From positions 620,001 through 684,000 of the forward strand of contig CM052825.1 of the NCBI GenBank assembly GCA_028534125.1: a DNA stretch of 64,000 bases, given 5' to 3'. Origin of the DNA: Lama glama. Lineage: Eukaryota. Positions within the stretch are counted from its first letter, which is position 1. Each line of letters starts with the position of its first letter. Below, piece by piece: positions 24,526 to 36,300 of the stretch. The position numbers were made by a program, and so were the translations under genes. The notes under the pieces are model-generated. The model had not been told where the DNA came from. It worked only from the letters and a program-made list of their open reading frames with translations, and did not search any database.

Positions 24526-25590
24526 ATGGAGACGCAGCTGGGCGCCTACAACGGCAGCCCCGCGGGCCTCGACCTGCCCCGCGCGCTGGCCAACGGCTCG
24601 GGCGTGCTCTGGGAGCAGCAGCAGTATGCCATCGGGCTCTTCCTCTCCTGCCTCTACACGGTCTTCCTCTTCCCCATCGGCTTCGTGGGGAACATCCTGA
24701 TCCTGGTGGTCAACATCCGCTTCCGGGAGCGGATGACCGTCCCCGACCTGTACTTCATCAACCTGGCGGCGGCCGACCTCATCCTGGTGGCGGACTCGCT
24801 CATCGAAGTGTTCAACCTGGACGAGCAGTACTACGACCTCACCGTGCTCTGCACCTTCATGTCGCTCTTCCTGCAGATCAACATGTACAGCAGCGTCTTC
24901 TTCCTCACCTGGATGAGCTTCGACCGCTACCTGGCCCTGGCCAAGGCCATGCGCTGCAGCCTGTTCCGCACCAAGCCCCGCGCGCGGCTGAGCTGCGGCC
25001 TCATCTGGATGGCCTCCGTGTCTGCCACGCTGGTGCCCTTCACCGCCGTGCAGCTGCAGCACACAGAGGAGGCCTGCTTCTGCTTTGCGGACGTCAGGGA
25101 GGTCCAGTGGCTGGAGGTCACGCTGGGCTTTGTCGTCCCCTTCGCCGTCATCGGGCTGTGCTACTCACTCATCGCGCGGGTGCTGGTCTCGGCGCAGGGG
25201 CACCGGGACCTGCGTCCTCGCAGGCAGAAGGCCCTCCGCATGATCTTCGCCGTGGTCCTGGTCTTCTTCATCTGCTGGCTGCCTGAGAACGTCTTCATCA
25301 GCGTCCACCTGCTGCAGCGCCCGCAGCCAGGGGCCGCCCCCTGCCAGCAGTCCTTCCGCCACGCCTACCCGCTGACTGGCCACATCGTCAACCTGGCGGC
25401 CTTCTCCAACAGCTGCCTGAACCCCCTCATCTATGGCTTTCTCGGGGAGACCTTCAGGGACAAACTGAGGCTGTACGTCGAGCAGAAAACCAGCGTGTCG
25501 GCGCTGAGCCGCGTCTGTCACGCTGCCCTGAAGGCGGTTGTCCCGGACAGCACCGAGCAGTCAGAGGTCAAGTTCAGCAGCACCGTCTAG
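24526..25590 (+). CDS. GPER1: G protein-coupled estrogen receptor 1 (GPR30), 354 aa from the first in-frame ATG
   Basis: [100 protein letters not shown], and C-terminal class I PDZ-type SSTV. Confidence 0.98.
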   Translation: METQLGAYNGSPAGLDLPRALANGSGVLWEQQQYAIGLFLSCLYTVFLFPIGFVGNILILVVNIRFRERMTVPDLYFINLAAADLILVADSLIEVFNLDEQYYDLTVLCTFMSLFLQINMYSSVFFLTWMSFDRYLALAKAMRCSLFRTKPRARLSCGLIWMASVSATLVPFTAVQLQHTEEACFCFADVREVQWLEVTLGFVVPFAVIGLCYSLIARVLVSAQGHRDLRPRRQKALRMIFAVVLVFFICWLPENVFISVHLLQRPQPGAAPCQQSFRHAYPLTGHIVNLAAFSNSCLNPLIYGFLGETFRDKLRLYVEQKTSVSALSRVCHAALKAVVPDSTEQSEVKFSSTV

Positions 25591-26136
25591 AGCGGGCAGG
25601 GCTGCAGGATGGCCAGGCGGACACTGCCCCCAAGCGCGCTCCCAGGACCCCAGCCCAGCTGCCCCGACTTTGCTCGGCTCCCAGAAGAGCCCCGCCTGCC
25701 CCGGTCACACTGCGGGGTCACCAGCCTGCACGCCGCACACGCCCATCCCGTGGAAGAGATTTCTGCCGCCTGCCGGGCAACAAGAAGAGAGGAGGGGGCA
25801 CCAAGGTGAAATGTCATAGTTTCAAGGTAGATTTCCCATAAATCTGCCATTTCAGGGAAAAAGCAGCCTGGAGACGAGACACGCTCCACTGCTCTGAGCT
25901 GGATCCGGCCACACGCAGACCTGATCCGAGGAGGAGGACACCTTCGTTGACGATGTCTCTGCCCCACTTACAAGTGGGGGCCCCGCCGAACATGGACAAA
26001 GCACACGGGCGGGGGGCGGGGGGGCGAGGAGTCGCCTCTACAGACACAGCAGGACAACGGTGACCAATGGGAAATGCCCCGTCACAGCGTAAAAAGGAGG
26101 GAACAGTGAGGACTCTGGGAACATTCAGCCTCTATC

Positions 26137-26142
26137 AATAAA
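26137..26142 (+). terminator. GPER1 polyadenylation signal
   Basis: AATAAA ~550 nt after the stop, followed by GT-rich gtcgtgtgctgagtcttctg. Confidence 0.7.
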
Positions 26143-27866
26143 ATGGAGTCGTGTGCTGAGTCTTCTGCGTTCTCTGCACTGCTCCCCAGTGGGGCAAGGG
26201 CGGGGGGAGCTCACAGGGCCCTGCAGCAGCACTGCCCCCTCCTCACAAAGAGAAAACAAGGCCCCTCACCAGCCAACAGCTCCTGTCCGAGCCCCGGGTG
26301 CTCCGGGCACCAGGAGACACCAGGGTTTGTGCTGCACCATCTTCGGGCACCAGATAAGCTTCATCCCAGGCGCACTATACGCCCTCACTTCTCCCGGAGG
26401 CTCAGCGGCGCCAGCTTCATCCATGGCGCGTGCAGGAGCTCAGGGCGCTCCCTGCGCCGCAGGGGCGGGCTGGGGGCTCCCGATTCCAGCGCTGACACTC
26501 CTCCCGCCCACCGGCTCTGCTCAGGGAACCCACCTCCCCAGAACCACAAGCAAAACAGGGCCCAGCTGCCTGGGTCTCCACACGGCAGGGCCTCCCTGGG
26601 GACGACACCAGGCAACGCGTTAAGTGACAGGAAATGAGCCATTTTTAGTTTGAATAGTTTTTTACGGGCGCAAATCTCCAAGAAACAGTATCTGCCCCAA
26701 GTAAATATTTGCCTTTACCAAGTGCCGCCTCCAGTGGTTCAAGTCCCACTTCAGACGGAAACTCCCAACTCTCAGAGGAAAACTAACAGGCCTGCCGGCG
26801 GCCCCCGCAACACGCCCCTCCCTGCAGCAGGGCTGAGGGCCAGCGTGCCTCTGTCCCCCGGAGCCCCCGCGCGTCACCAAGCACACAGACAGACACCCCG
26901 TCTTCTGGGGGGTCAGAGACGCCCTCCCCTCCGCACCCGGCGCCCCGTGACACGGCCCCCCCTCCTGAGCGTTGCTCCTCGGGCGGCTCTGCCCCAGCAC
27001 AGGGCCCCGAGAGACCTGCTGGCCTGGCCCAAGCACTGTGGCCTGCAGGCCAGGACAGGAGCATCTCACTAGACAGGCGCTGTCCGTAAGACCCCCTTCC
27101 GACCTGGCAACTCCAAATCGCAGGAGCCCCCGCGCTGAGCACGCCCGACACCAGGGGTTCTCAAGCAGGTGCGCTCCTGCCCCAGCTGGGAAGGTGGTGG
27201 CGGGCGCGGAGGGGAGACGGGGGTGGGGAATGAGGCCTCGTCCTGGGCCCTCCGACAAGCCCAGCAGGTACATGTGTTGATGCCACGGGGGCTGTGACCT
27301 GACCGCCGAAGACCTCACCCGGCACCGAGCCCATCTCCTGCCCCGTGGCTCTGCCTTCCCCGGGCCACAGGGAGCAAGCCACGTGGAGGCCATGCAAGCC
27401 CATCGAGGTGGCAGGTCCCATCCTTTCAGAGGGGACGCCTGAGGGGCGAGGGCAGAATAGAGACCCCCCCCCCCCGCAAGGATCTCTGTGTGGGAACCGA
27501 CCAACTAAAAGCCGCAAAGTGCTGATCCAGGACAGGCAGCCTCCCCGACGTGGGCCTCCTGGGGCAGCAGCTTCCACCCAGGGGTCCCTGGTCCGCCCGA
27601 GGCCACAGAGCAGCCTGCCTCTCTGGCACCTGACAGTCACACTCCCAGACTACGAGTGCCCTGCCAGGAAGCCCCGCCTGGGCCCAGGGGGCACAGGGCT
27701 GGACACAGTGCCTGCTCGGAGCCCCAGGAGCCCGTCTCCTCATCTGTAGAAGTGGCTGCACAGCTGCTCCGAGGGCCCCTCCGTGGAGGGCAGGCAGCAG
27801 GGCTGCAGGGAGGCCAAGGACAAGGTGGAAGCTGGGCCAGGTGCCTCGGGAGTCCCGTTCCCCTCA

Positions 27867-28067
27867 GGCCCTGAGGCCCAGATCCACCCCTTGCCCGGCC
27901 CTGCGGCCCTGATCCACCCCCAGGCCGTGAGACCCAATCCTCCCCAGGCCCTGCGGCCAGATCCACCTCCCCCAGGCCCTGCGGCCCCATCCCCCCCAGG
28001 CACTGCGACCTGATCACAACAGGCCCTGCGGCCCAGATCCCCCAAGGCCCTGCGGCCCCATTCCCGA
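27867..28067. repeat. degenerate minisatellite, ~8 copies of 23-30 bp (ggccctgcggcccagatccacccc)
   Basis: ggccctgcggcc and variants recur in tandem. Confidence 0.85.
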
Positions 28068-31000
28068 GGCGCAGAGCCAAGGTCTGCACCCCTGCGGGCT
28101 CTAGGCACAGCCCGCCTGCCCCTTCAAGCACATGCCCTTCTCAGAAGCATTTGTCTGAGGGAGGCTGACTTAATTATCTGGCAGGGGCACCAGAAGATAA
28201 AATCAAGGCATTTGATTGCTTGGTTGTTTCCTGGAAACCCCGCTCCCCCACACAGCAAGTCTCTTTAAATCCCACCAAGAGCCCAGAAGTGCAGAGCTGT
28301 AAGCACATGACAGCCGCCCGCGACAGCTGCCGACGTGAGCACCGACTTTACTTCCCACTGTCGTCTGTGCTCAGTACCCCCAGCTGGGAGCCTCCCCTGT
28401 CCCATGGCTCGCGTGCCCTTGGTGGGAGTGGAGGCTGTCGGCTCCCTAAGACCTTGGCTGGGCTCCCCGTCATGAGAAGGCTGGGGGAGGCAGACGAACC
28501 TCCAACGGAAGGCTCGTTTTCCAGGGTGTGGCTGAAGCTACTCCGAAACTACCTGAAATCACTATGGACCGATTATAGCAGCCTGTGTTGACTCCTGGAC
28601 CAGGGCCGCCAGCGTGGAGGCAAGTGCGAGGGCGGAGGGCCGGCAGCAGGGCCCGGGCACCGGGGCGGGGACTGGGCTCCCGTCTGGGAGAGAGCATGCA
28701 CAGGCGCGTGGTGTGTATGTGTGCCCGGCGGGCACAGGCGTGGACGGGGCGTGCGCACAGACAGACGGACGCGCAGTTACGTGCTCCCTGCTCCGTCTGC
28801 TCACAGAGCACCTGCGGGCCCACCCTGCCCGACCGGGGTTCCCAGCACCCTCACCCTCACGGGAACAGGCTCCTCAGGCAGGGAAGCAGGGCCAAGGCAA
28901 GGCTGAACATGGTGTCCTGCCAGCAGGTATGAACACGGCAGGATCACACCAAAAGGACGCAGGGACCCACATCAGGGGCTCCCGCTGGACCAGTCTAGGC
29001 TATCTGACCACCAGGCTAATTACGAAAAGTAAACAAACTATTAAAAAACAACAATCCACGAGTCCATCCAGTAATAAACCGACTTTAACTTAAACAAACA
29101 ATGAAATAGATGCAGTAACCTGGGAGGGAAGGGAGGGAGGAGTGGACGGGGGGGACGCGGGCTGGTCTTGCTCAGAACAAAATGCCGACTACCTGGGATG
29201 GGGTGGGGGCTGGAGGGGGTCGTCACCTATGACTGTCGTGGTGGAGACCCCCGAATGCAGCTGAGCCAGGGACACCTGATGGACGAGGAGCAGGGCTGTC
29301 CCCTCCGGCCAACTTAGCACAGGGAGCAGTAACTAACAGCTCTTAATGCTCACAAGGGGCCCACCCATAGGCAGACCAGACATGTCCCCGAGGAGGGCAC
29401 TGTGTCTCCATGTCTGAATCTGGAATCAAAACCTGAATCTAGTTGGGGGGAAGCATCAGAAAATCCAAAGCGGTGACAGGAGGAGCCAGCACTCCTCCGC
29501 ATCGTGTCGCGAAGACAAGGCAGAGGAGGGCCCCACAGCAGGGATGTGACCCCGGGGAGAATGGTCTGCTGCAAGGAAGGATGCTCCAAGCAGGGGTGCT
29601 TGGGGGCCGTGGAGCCCGAGGATCAAAGTGTCACACCCACACGCACCTGCCTGGGCCGAGCTGCCTTGGGGCCGAGAGGTGATCCCCCCTCTAGGGAACA
29701 CGTCAGCCCCTGTGGCCGGGGGGACGCACGGAAAGAGGGGTGCGAGTGCTGTAAGCGTCAAAGTGCCGTGCGGAGGGTCAGCTCCACACTCAGCCTCAGA
29801 CTCGAAGGGACGGGAGCAGGCGCTCAGACAAGCCCTTGTGCACGGACGTCCGGGCACAACGGCCAGCGGGGGAAGCAACGGCCATCAGTCGGCAGCTGCT
29901 CGGCAAACAAGCTGTGGTCCGTCTGCACCACGGACAGCGGTTTGGCCGGGGAAGGAGGCACTGACGCCAGCGGTGACTCGGAGGAACTCTGATCGCACGA
30001 TGCTCGGGGGGAAGTCAGATACCACGACCATGATGCAGGAGCCAGTTGGCACGAACCACCCAGGTGGGCAAAGCCAGAGACAGAGACAGGACGTAGGTGC
30101 CGGGGCTGGGAGGGATGGGGAGGGGTGTGGAGGGGAGGGAAGGGAGGGATGCTAGTGGGGATGGGGTTTCTTTTGGGGGAGTTGGTGGAAAAAATGCTCT
30201 AAAATCAGCAGTGATGGTTACACAACTCTGTGAACCCATTAAAAACCACTGAAGTGCAGACCTCAAGGGTGAGCGTGCAGAGTGCACGCCATGTCTCAGG
30301 AAAGCTGGCGTGTGGAAGAGCAGGACTGGGCCCTGGGCCTCCTTCTCCCGAGGCCGCCTTCCCTGCCTGGATGCTGGTCCCTGCAGACAACGATGCCTTC
30401 GCAGCAGACGCCGCCAGCACCTCCGTTTCTGCCCACGAAGGGGAGACAGCCCAGCACCCTGCAAGCATTTCCTGAAAATGTTCCTGTTTAAGCCGCCTGG
30501 AATCCTAGACACTTCCTCTGACGTTTATTACAAGTCTTCTAATTGAGGTTTTCTCTTCTTACTTAACTGCCTAGCAATCCAAGCTTTATCTTCTTTCCCA
30601 GAGGGAAACGAATAAGCTGGGGTATCTTTCGATGTGCTTTTAAATTAAAAATGGAGGAAAAGATCTTCAGCAAAACTACAGCCGAACTTACTAAACTACC
30701 CTCGGCACCTCGTGAGGCCAGGAAGGCCAGTTACGCCCTGTGAAGGTTCCGGCTGGGCGCCGAGGTCAGCACCCCAGCCAGGCACCCGCTCCCCGTGGTC
30801 TGGGACGCCGTCACTGGGCGTCCGCTCGGAGCTCCAGGAACCCAGGGCTCTGCTGCTCCGCGTGCTTGCTCACGGGCCCACTGCGATGCTGTGCTTGTGA
30901 CACAGTCGTCTGGGACACTGCTGGGCAGGGCAGCAGCAGAAGCAGAGATGCCCACACGTCTTCTGGTCACAGTCCCCCACTGAGACCGGCGGAGGGGGGG

Positions 31001-32029
31001 GCCAGCCAACCAGGCTGGCCCCAGGACAGGGAGTGGGAAGAAGAGAGGCCACTGACCCTCTTGCCCGCCGGCCTACCAGCAAGCCCTCCACAGGTGCTGT
31101 AGGGCCACAAGATGGGGTCTCAGGGACGCGGGGGCACCAGCCGGCAGAGCAGCACCCACACAGGCCAGAGGCGGACATGGCGCCACGAGGCCGGGGAGCC
31201 CCAGGAAAGGCCCTTCCCCCACCACAGTCCACGGACCACACCGGCTCCGCCGCAGCCCTAGCCGCCACACGCCCAGTCCAGTGTTGCAGAAGGAGCCAGC
31301 TGCTCTGAGGCAATCTGATTTTTGCCATTGTCTAGTGGGTGGGGGATCTCGTCCGGGAAAAGGGTTTTAAAAGCCAAAGGAACACAGAACAAAAGAGCAC
31401 CAACACCAGACTGTAATTCTAAGCCTTCATGGTGGGAGGATCAATTAAAACTTATCACGAGAAATCAGCTGTGGGGGGTCCTGCAGAGAGTCCACAGTTG
31501 TTCCTAGAACAGGCACCGTCCCCGTCTCGCCCCTTCAGGGGCCAGTCCTGTGACAAGGGGAGAAGCAGAGTGATGAAGTCCACGCCCCTCGGCTCCCCCC
31601 CGGACTGGACAGCCCACCTCCCGCCACCTGAGCTCCGGGAAGGCAGGCGGTGCCAGGTCGTCAGTCCCCATGGTGCCCGGACAGGGCGCCGCGGGACACA
31701 AGCCCCCACCCTGACAACCGTGACAACATTTGTAGAAGTCAAGACCTTAAAATCATGGAAATTCTGAAAGTGGAGGGTTCCCCAGACCGATCTCTGGAAG
31801 AAAGCTTGAAATCAGGGTGGGAAGTAAGGGGCCGTGAAGCCACCAATGCCCTCACCAACGCCCTCGCTGGGCGCTGCCTGCTAACAGGGCCGGGGGCCGG
31901 ATGAGGCGTCAAAACGCGCAAACTCCCAGTTGTAAGACACACAGGGAGAAGGAACGCAATTATGTCACGTGTGTTGCACGTCAGCACTGCCGTGTGTTTC
32001 ACGTGAAAGTTGGAGTTAAACCCTGAAAT

Positions 32030-32200
32030 TTCTCATCACAAGAAAAGAATACTTCTTCCATTTTGCATCCACATGAGACGACAGCTGCTCGCTAAACTTA
32101 CTGTGGTCTTCATTTCATGACGTATGTAATCAAATCGTCACGCTCTACGCCTTAAACCTACACGGTGCTGTGTGTCAACTATTTCTCATCAGAACTGGAA
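32030..32200 (+). mobile_element. old LINE-1 (L1M-type) 3' end fragment
   Basis: ctaaacttactgtggt...catttcat...aatcaaatcgtcacgctctacgccttaaacctacacggtgctgtgtgtcaactatttctc resembles an L1M 3' terminus. Confidence 0.6.
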
Positions 32201-32439
32201 GAAGTAAATGAAGATGAAAACGCAGAACAAGTGCAGCGACGCCGTCTGTTGGCCAGGGGACCAGCGCAAGGAGGCGGCACGAAGGGCTCACAGGGACTTC
32301 GGGACAGCCCGTGAAGCGCAGCTCTGGAACAGCCAAGCCCTCACCCGTTTAAAGAAACAGACGTTGAACCCGAAAGCGTCTGCAGGGAACAGAGAACTAC
32401 TAAGAGAAACTTAGGAAGGAGATCCAGACCCCTGAAAAC

Positions 32440-32830
32440 TAACTCTCCAGGCCCAGAGGGTTGCACCGGCGGATCCCACCGAACACTAAAGGAATAATTA
32501 ACACTGAGTACGCTGACTTAAACCCGGCTAGGTCAGCTCAACGACAAGAAAAACCCAGACCAATGCCCCTCGTGAATCTCGATGCAAAAACCCTTCACCA
32601 AATGCTGGCGAGCAGACTTCTGCACCACGTGGAAGGGACTGCGTCCCAGCACCACGGAAGGCTGACCCCCGGAGACGCCAGGCTGGCTCAGTCCTCCGTC
32701 ACTGTAGTACGCCACATGTGACAGGGAAGGGGGGGAAGGCCACGTGGTCAGAACAGCTGACAGAGACAGCACTTGATGGAACGCAACACCCTTCATGACA
32801 CAGGCGAGCAGGATGCTGGGGACAGGCAGG
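32440..32830 (+). mobile_element. degenerate LINE-1 ORF2 (reverse transcriptase region) remnant
   Basis: Translates EKPRPMPLVNLDAKTLHQMLASRLLHHV, matching the L1 ORF2 motif [25 protein letters not shown]. Confidence 0.8.
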
Positions 32831-33039
32831 TCCCTCAGCTTGACAGAGAATGTGACTCGGGGTGGAAGACTGGGGACACACAAGACAGAAGATGTGAGGG
32901 AACGCCCACAGGTCTGACCCTGGATTCTCAGCATCAACACGAGATTGAGCTTGGGAGGTGCCAGAACACCCGGGGAGGGGGGTGACCCGATCAGGCGCCG
33001 ATGGCCAACTGGAGGGGCAGAGCAGAGCGGAGACGAGGC

Positions 33040-33355
33040 TTCTGCAGTGACTAGGTTGGGGCTGGGGCCGGGATGTCTCAGGTTAGAATGGACACGGGAT
33101 GTGAGAGACAGAGGACGAATGCTGTGGCTCCCACCTCCATGGGGCCCCTGGAAAGTCAGGTTCACAGAGTGGACGGCGGGGGCGGGGGAGGTCCGGCGAG
33201 GGGGAGGCAGTGCTTAATGGGGAAGGGGTCTCAGGTGGGAAGACAAAACATTTCTGGTGATAGTTGCACAACGATGTGAATGAACTTAACAGAAAATTTA
33301 CCATCTCAGCCCTTGTAAGTGTACAGCTCAGAAGTGCACTTTACTACAATAAAAC
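33040..33355 (+). mobile_element. old LINE-1 (L1MB/MC-like) 3' end fragment
   Basis: gtgcttaatggg...ggtgatagttgcacaacgatgtgaat...ttttactacaataaaa. Confidence 0.6.
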
Positions 33356-36300
33356 AAGAAGGAACAAACGAGGATCTGTGTCCAAGCACAGCTGCCGCCG
33401 TCACTCCCATGGGAGGGGAGGCAGCGGCTGCGAGGGGAAAAAAGGACGGGGACTCAGGAAGCTGAGTTCTGGGTTCGCAGACGTGCAGCGGGGCTGAGGA
33501 TGGGGCCTCGGGTGTGGAGAGCAGACGGAAGGCCAGGGGGCCCACGTCAGGGACGACGGCCCCCCGCAGAGGGGCGCCTGTCCCTCGCCTGTCGAAGCAC
33601 CTGGAGCCCGGACGCGGACGCCTCCTTCCTCTGCTCCATCGGGGTCACCTCCCAACCCAGGGCCAGCCAGCACTGAAAGCCCAGGTAAGACGCTACCCCA
33701 ACTCACAGGCTGAGACGAGGCCGCCAAGCAGCAGCCATGTCGGGAGCCGCAGCTCGTGTTGGTGGGCGGACTGTGTGCAGGCGGGACCAGAACCCGGAGG
33801 TGGCGGGGGCTGGGCAGTCCTCCCACAGCGAGGTCGCAGAGGCCAGGCCTGGCCCTTCCCCATGTGCATGGGGCAGGCGCCACAGCGAGGGCAGGGATCC
33901 GTGGCCTCACATGATGGCCAGCGCGGACCTTCGGGTGAGGCCGCGGCCCGGCCGGCCCGGCCCCTAAGCCACACGAGGCCGGCTCCCCGAAGCCCCCACA
34001 TTTGTAGTCATCTGTTGCCACACAGCAGCAGGTGACACGGCAGCTCGTCCAGCAGAGACGAAGATTTGCGAACCCCAAGCCCCAGCGACTCCCCCCCCAG
34101 AGAAACTGCCCACACGTGGGAGCGCTCACCGCACATCGCTTACAACCGCCAAGTCCACAGCCACTCGGGTGGCCGTCCCCCGGGACACCGGCTGGGGACG
34201 ACAGCAGCATGGATGATACTTAGTTCAGTCAAAAAAGCAAAATACAAAAAAAAAAAAGCAATTCCAACCACACAGAGCTCAAACACAGACAAACCAAACG
34301 ACCATTCAGGGTGCACACGTGCGGAGCTCAGGTCCAAAGATGAGCACGGAGGTGGCGGCAGAGCGCCCGCCCCCCGAGCCGGGTGTGGCTTCCTGTACGC
34401 TGTCCGTGCCTCCCTCCTGTCTACACATTTAACAACAAAGCGCGGGAGAGGCAGGAAGGAGAGACACCCAGCAGACTGTGCCCGTCTGTGGCCACAAGTG
34501 AAACTCCCCACTCAAGTCACAGCGGCTCAGTTTAACTCTAGGCTCCAACTTGAATTTAAACCGAAAGCCACCACCATTTCCCAGGGACAGAGCCCTTCTG
34601 CAAAACCAAAGGTGTATTCAAGCCTGCTCCCCCAACTCCATGCACCTGTTTTTAAAGTCAGCTCAAGTAAAGGCGAGACACCAGTAGTGACACCCTGGGC
34701 CTAACACCAGACCCAGACGCAGAAAGGTCAGGGGGGAAAGGTCAGCGATTCTTCCCGGCCTCAGAACGGAGTCTGAGGAGAGCCATTCGCCCCAGACGTG
34801 CAAGCCTGCAGAGGAAAAGGCACACAGCCACCGGGAAGACGGGGCGGAAGACGGCCTTGGTGGGGGGAGAAGCAGCCCCCACAGCGGACGCCCCCCACCC
34901 CCGAGTCCCCTGGTTCCTGCCTACGGTCCTCGGGCTCTGGGAGGATCCCAGAGCCCCATGGGGCCACTTCCACGAGTGGTCACTCAGGAACCGGCCTCTC
35001 CCCGCCAGCCTCCCCATCACGTTTAGGGGGGTTCACCCTCCACAAACACCTCGACATGGTTTGGCTGTTCGCCCCCACCACGCAGGAGTGTGCGTCTCTG
35101 CCTTAAAACTCTCAAGTCCAGTTTAATCCACCAGTAACGAACACAAGCAAACCAAGACAAAAATCAGGACTGAATTTTCCACAAGTAACTTACCCTCAGG
35201 AAGGAGCTGCCTGTGGAGACAACCCCTGCCTCCTGGAGGGGTCCAGCTCCCTGCTCCAAGCCGGCGGCGGGGCCTCCCCAGTCCGCACCCCCTCGGTGGT
35301 GCTTCTTAAGTTCTGCTTTCCTTTTAAAACCAGTTCCACGAGGCCGCGCAAGCCCCGGCAGTCCTGATCGTCAGGCCCCATATTCGGAGGGACTGGAGCG
35401 CGGGAGCCGTGTGGGAAAGAGCGTGGGCCGCCAGCAGGACAGAAGACAGCACACATGTGCACTTCTTCCTCACAGATTGCGGGCACTCGGCTCCATGCAT
35501 GAGGACACGGGAACCTTGCCCGTTCCAAGCTTACGCTTCAGGCCACGAGTGCGCCAGGAGGCTCACGTGTCCGGTCCCAGCAGCCCGCCCAGAACACAGG
35601 CTGCTCCGCGGGAACTGCGGGCCCCCTGGCCGAGGGACCGACTTCCACCCGGGACCCGGCGCATGGAGTGGGGCGCACTGGCCCCCGTGTGTCTGTACCT
35701 CCGCGCTCAGACCTGCACACACACTCACGCTCCCCGAGAGCCATCCACGTCTCAGCGGCCAGTGTGGAGCCCACCCTTGGGGACCCCATGCACGCCCTCA
35801 GGGGCACAATGCGAAGCCCCACACGCTGCTCTGTGACCCTCTTCCGAGCAGCTGGAGGGGCAGAGGGGCCGCACGGAGCCCACCCACCGCATGCCAGGCC
35901 CGGCCTGGCCCAATCCACGTCCGCCAGCCTCCGGGTGCCAGGTTTCTCTCAGGGCAAGGACAGAGGCCGGAACACCGACAGTGGAAAATCGCTGACTGCG
36001 CCTCTCGGAGAACCACAGACTCCACTGCGTTTATCCAGAGAGAAGGAAGCCCAGCTATCGGGTGTGGGTGGCAGTCACAGAAGACGTGGCCGCCTGCACG
36101 GGCTGTGCTGGTGGGGCTGGAGTCGCCCAGATCACCTCCCTGTGCCCTCAGGCGCTGGGTGAAACTGCCAGAGGACGGAGCCCAGCTTCCCAGCATGAAG
36201 CCCTCCTTTTCACTTGCCACTCCACTTAAAAACCAGGCCGCGGCCACGCTTACTGAGAGCATGAGCCCTCACGTGCCCCCTGCCCCCGTGGGGCTGGGAT

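Noticed and set aside
24427-25062. Antisense ORFs over GPER1 (and similar ones over GPR146)
   Set aside because: Mirror frames caused by codon bias; no independent gene signals.
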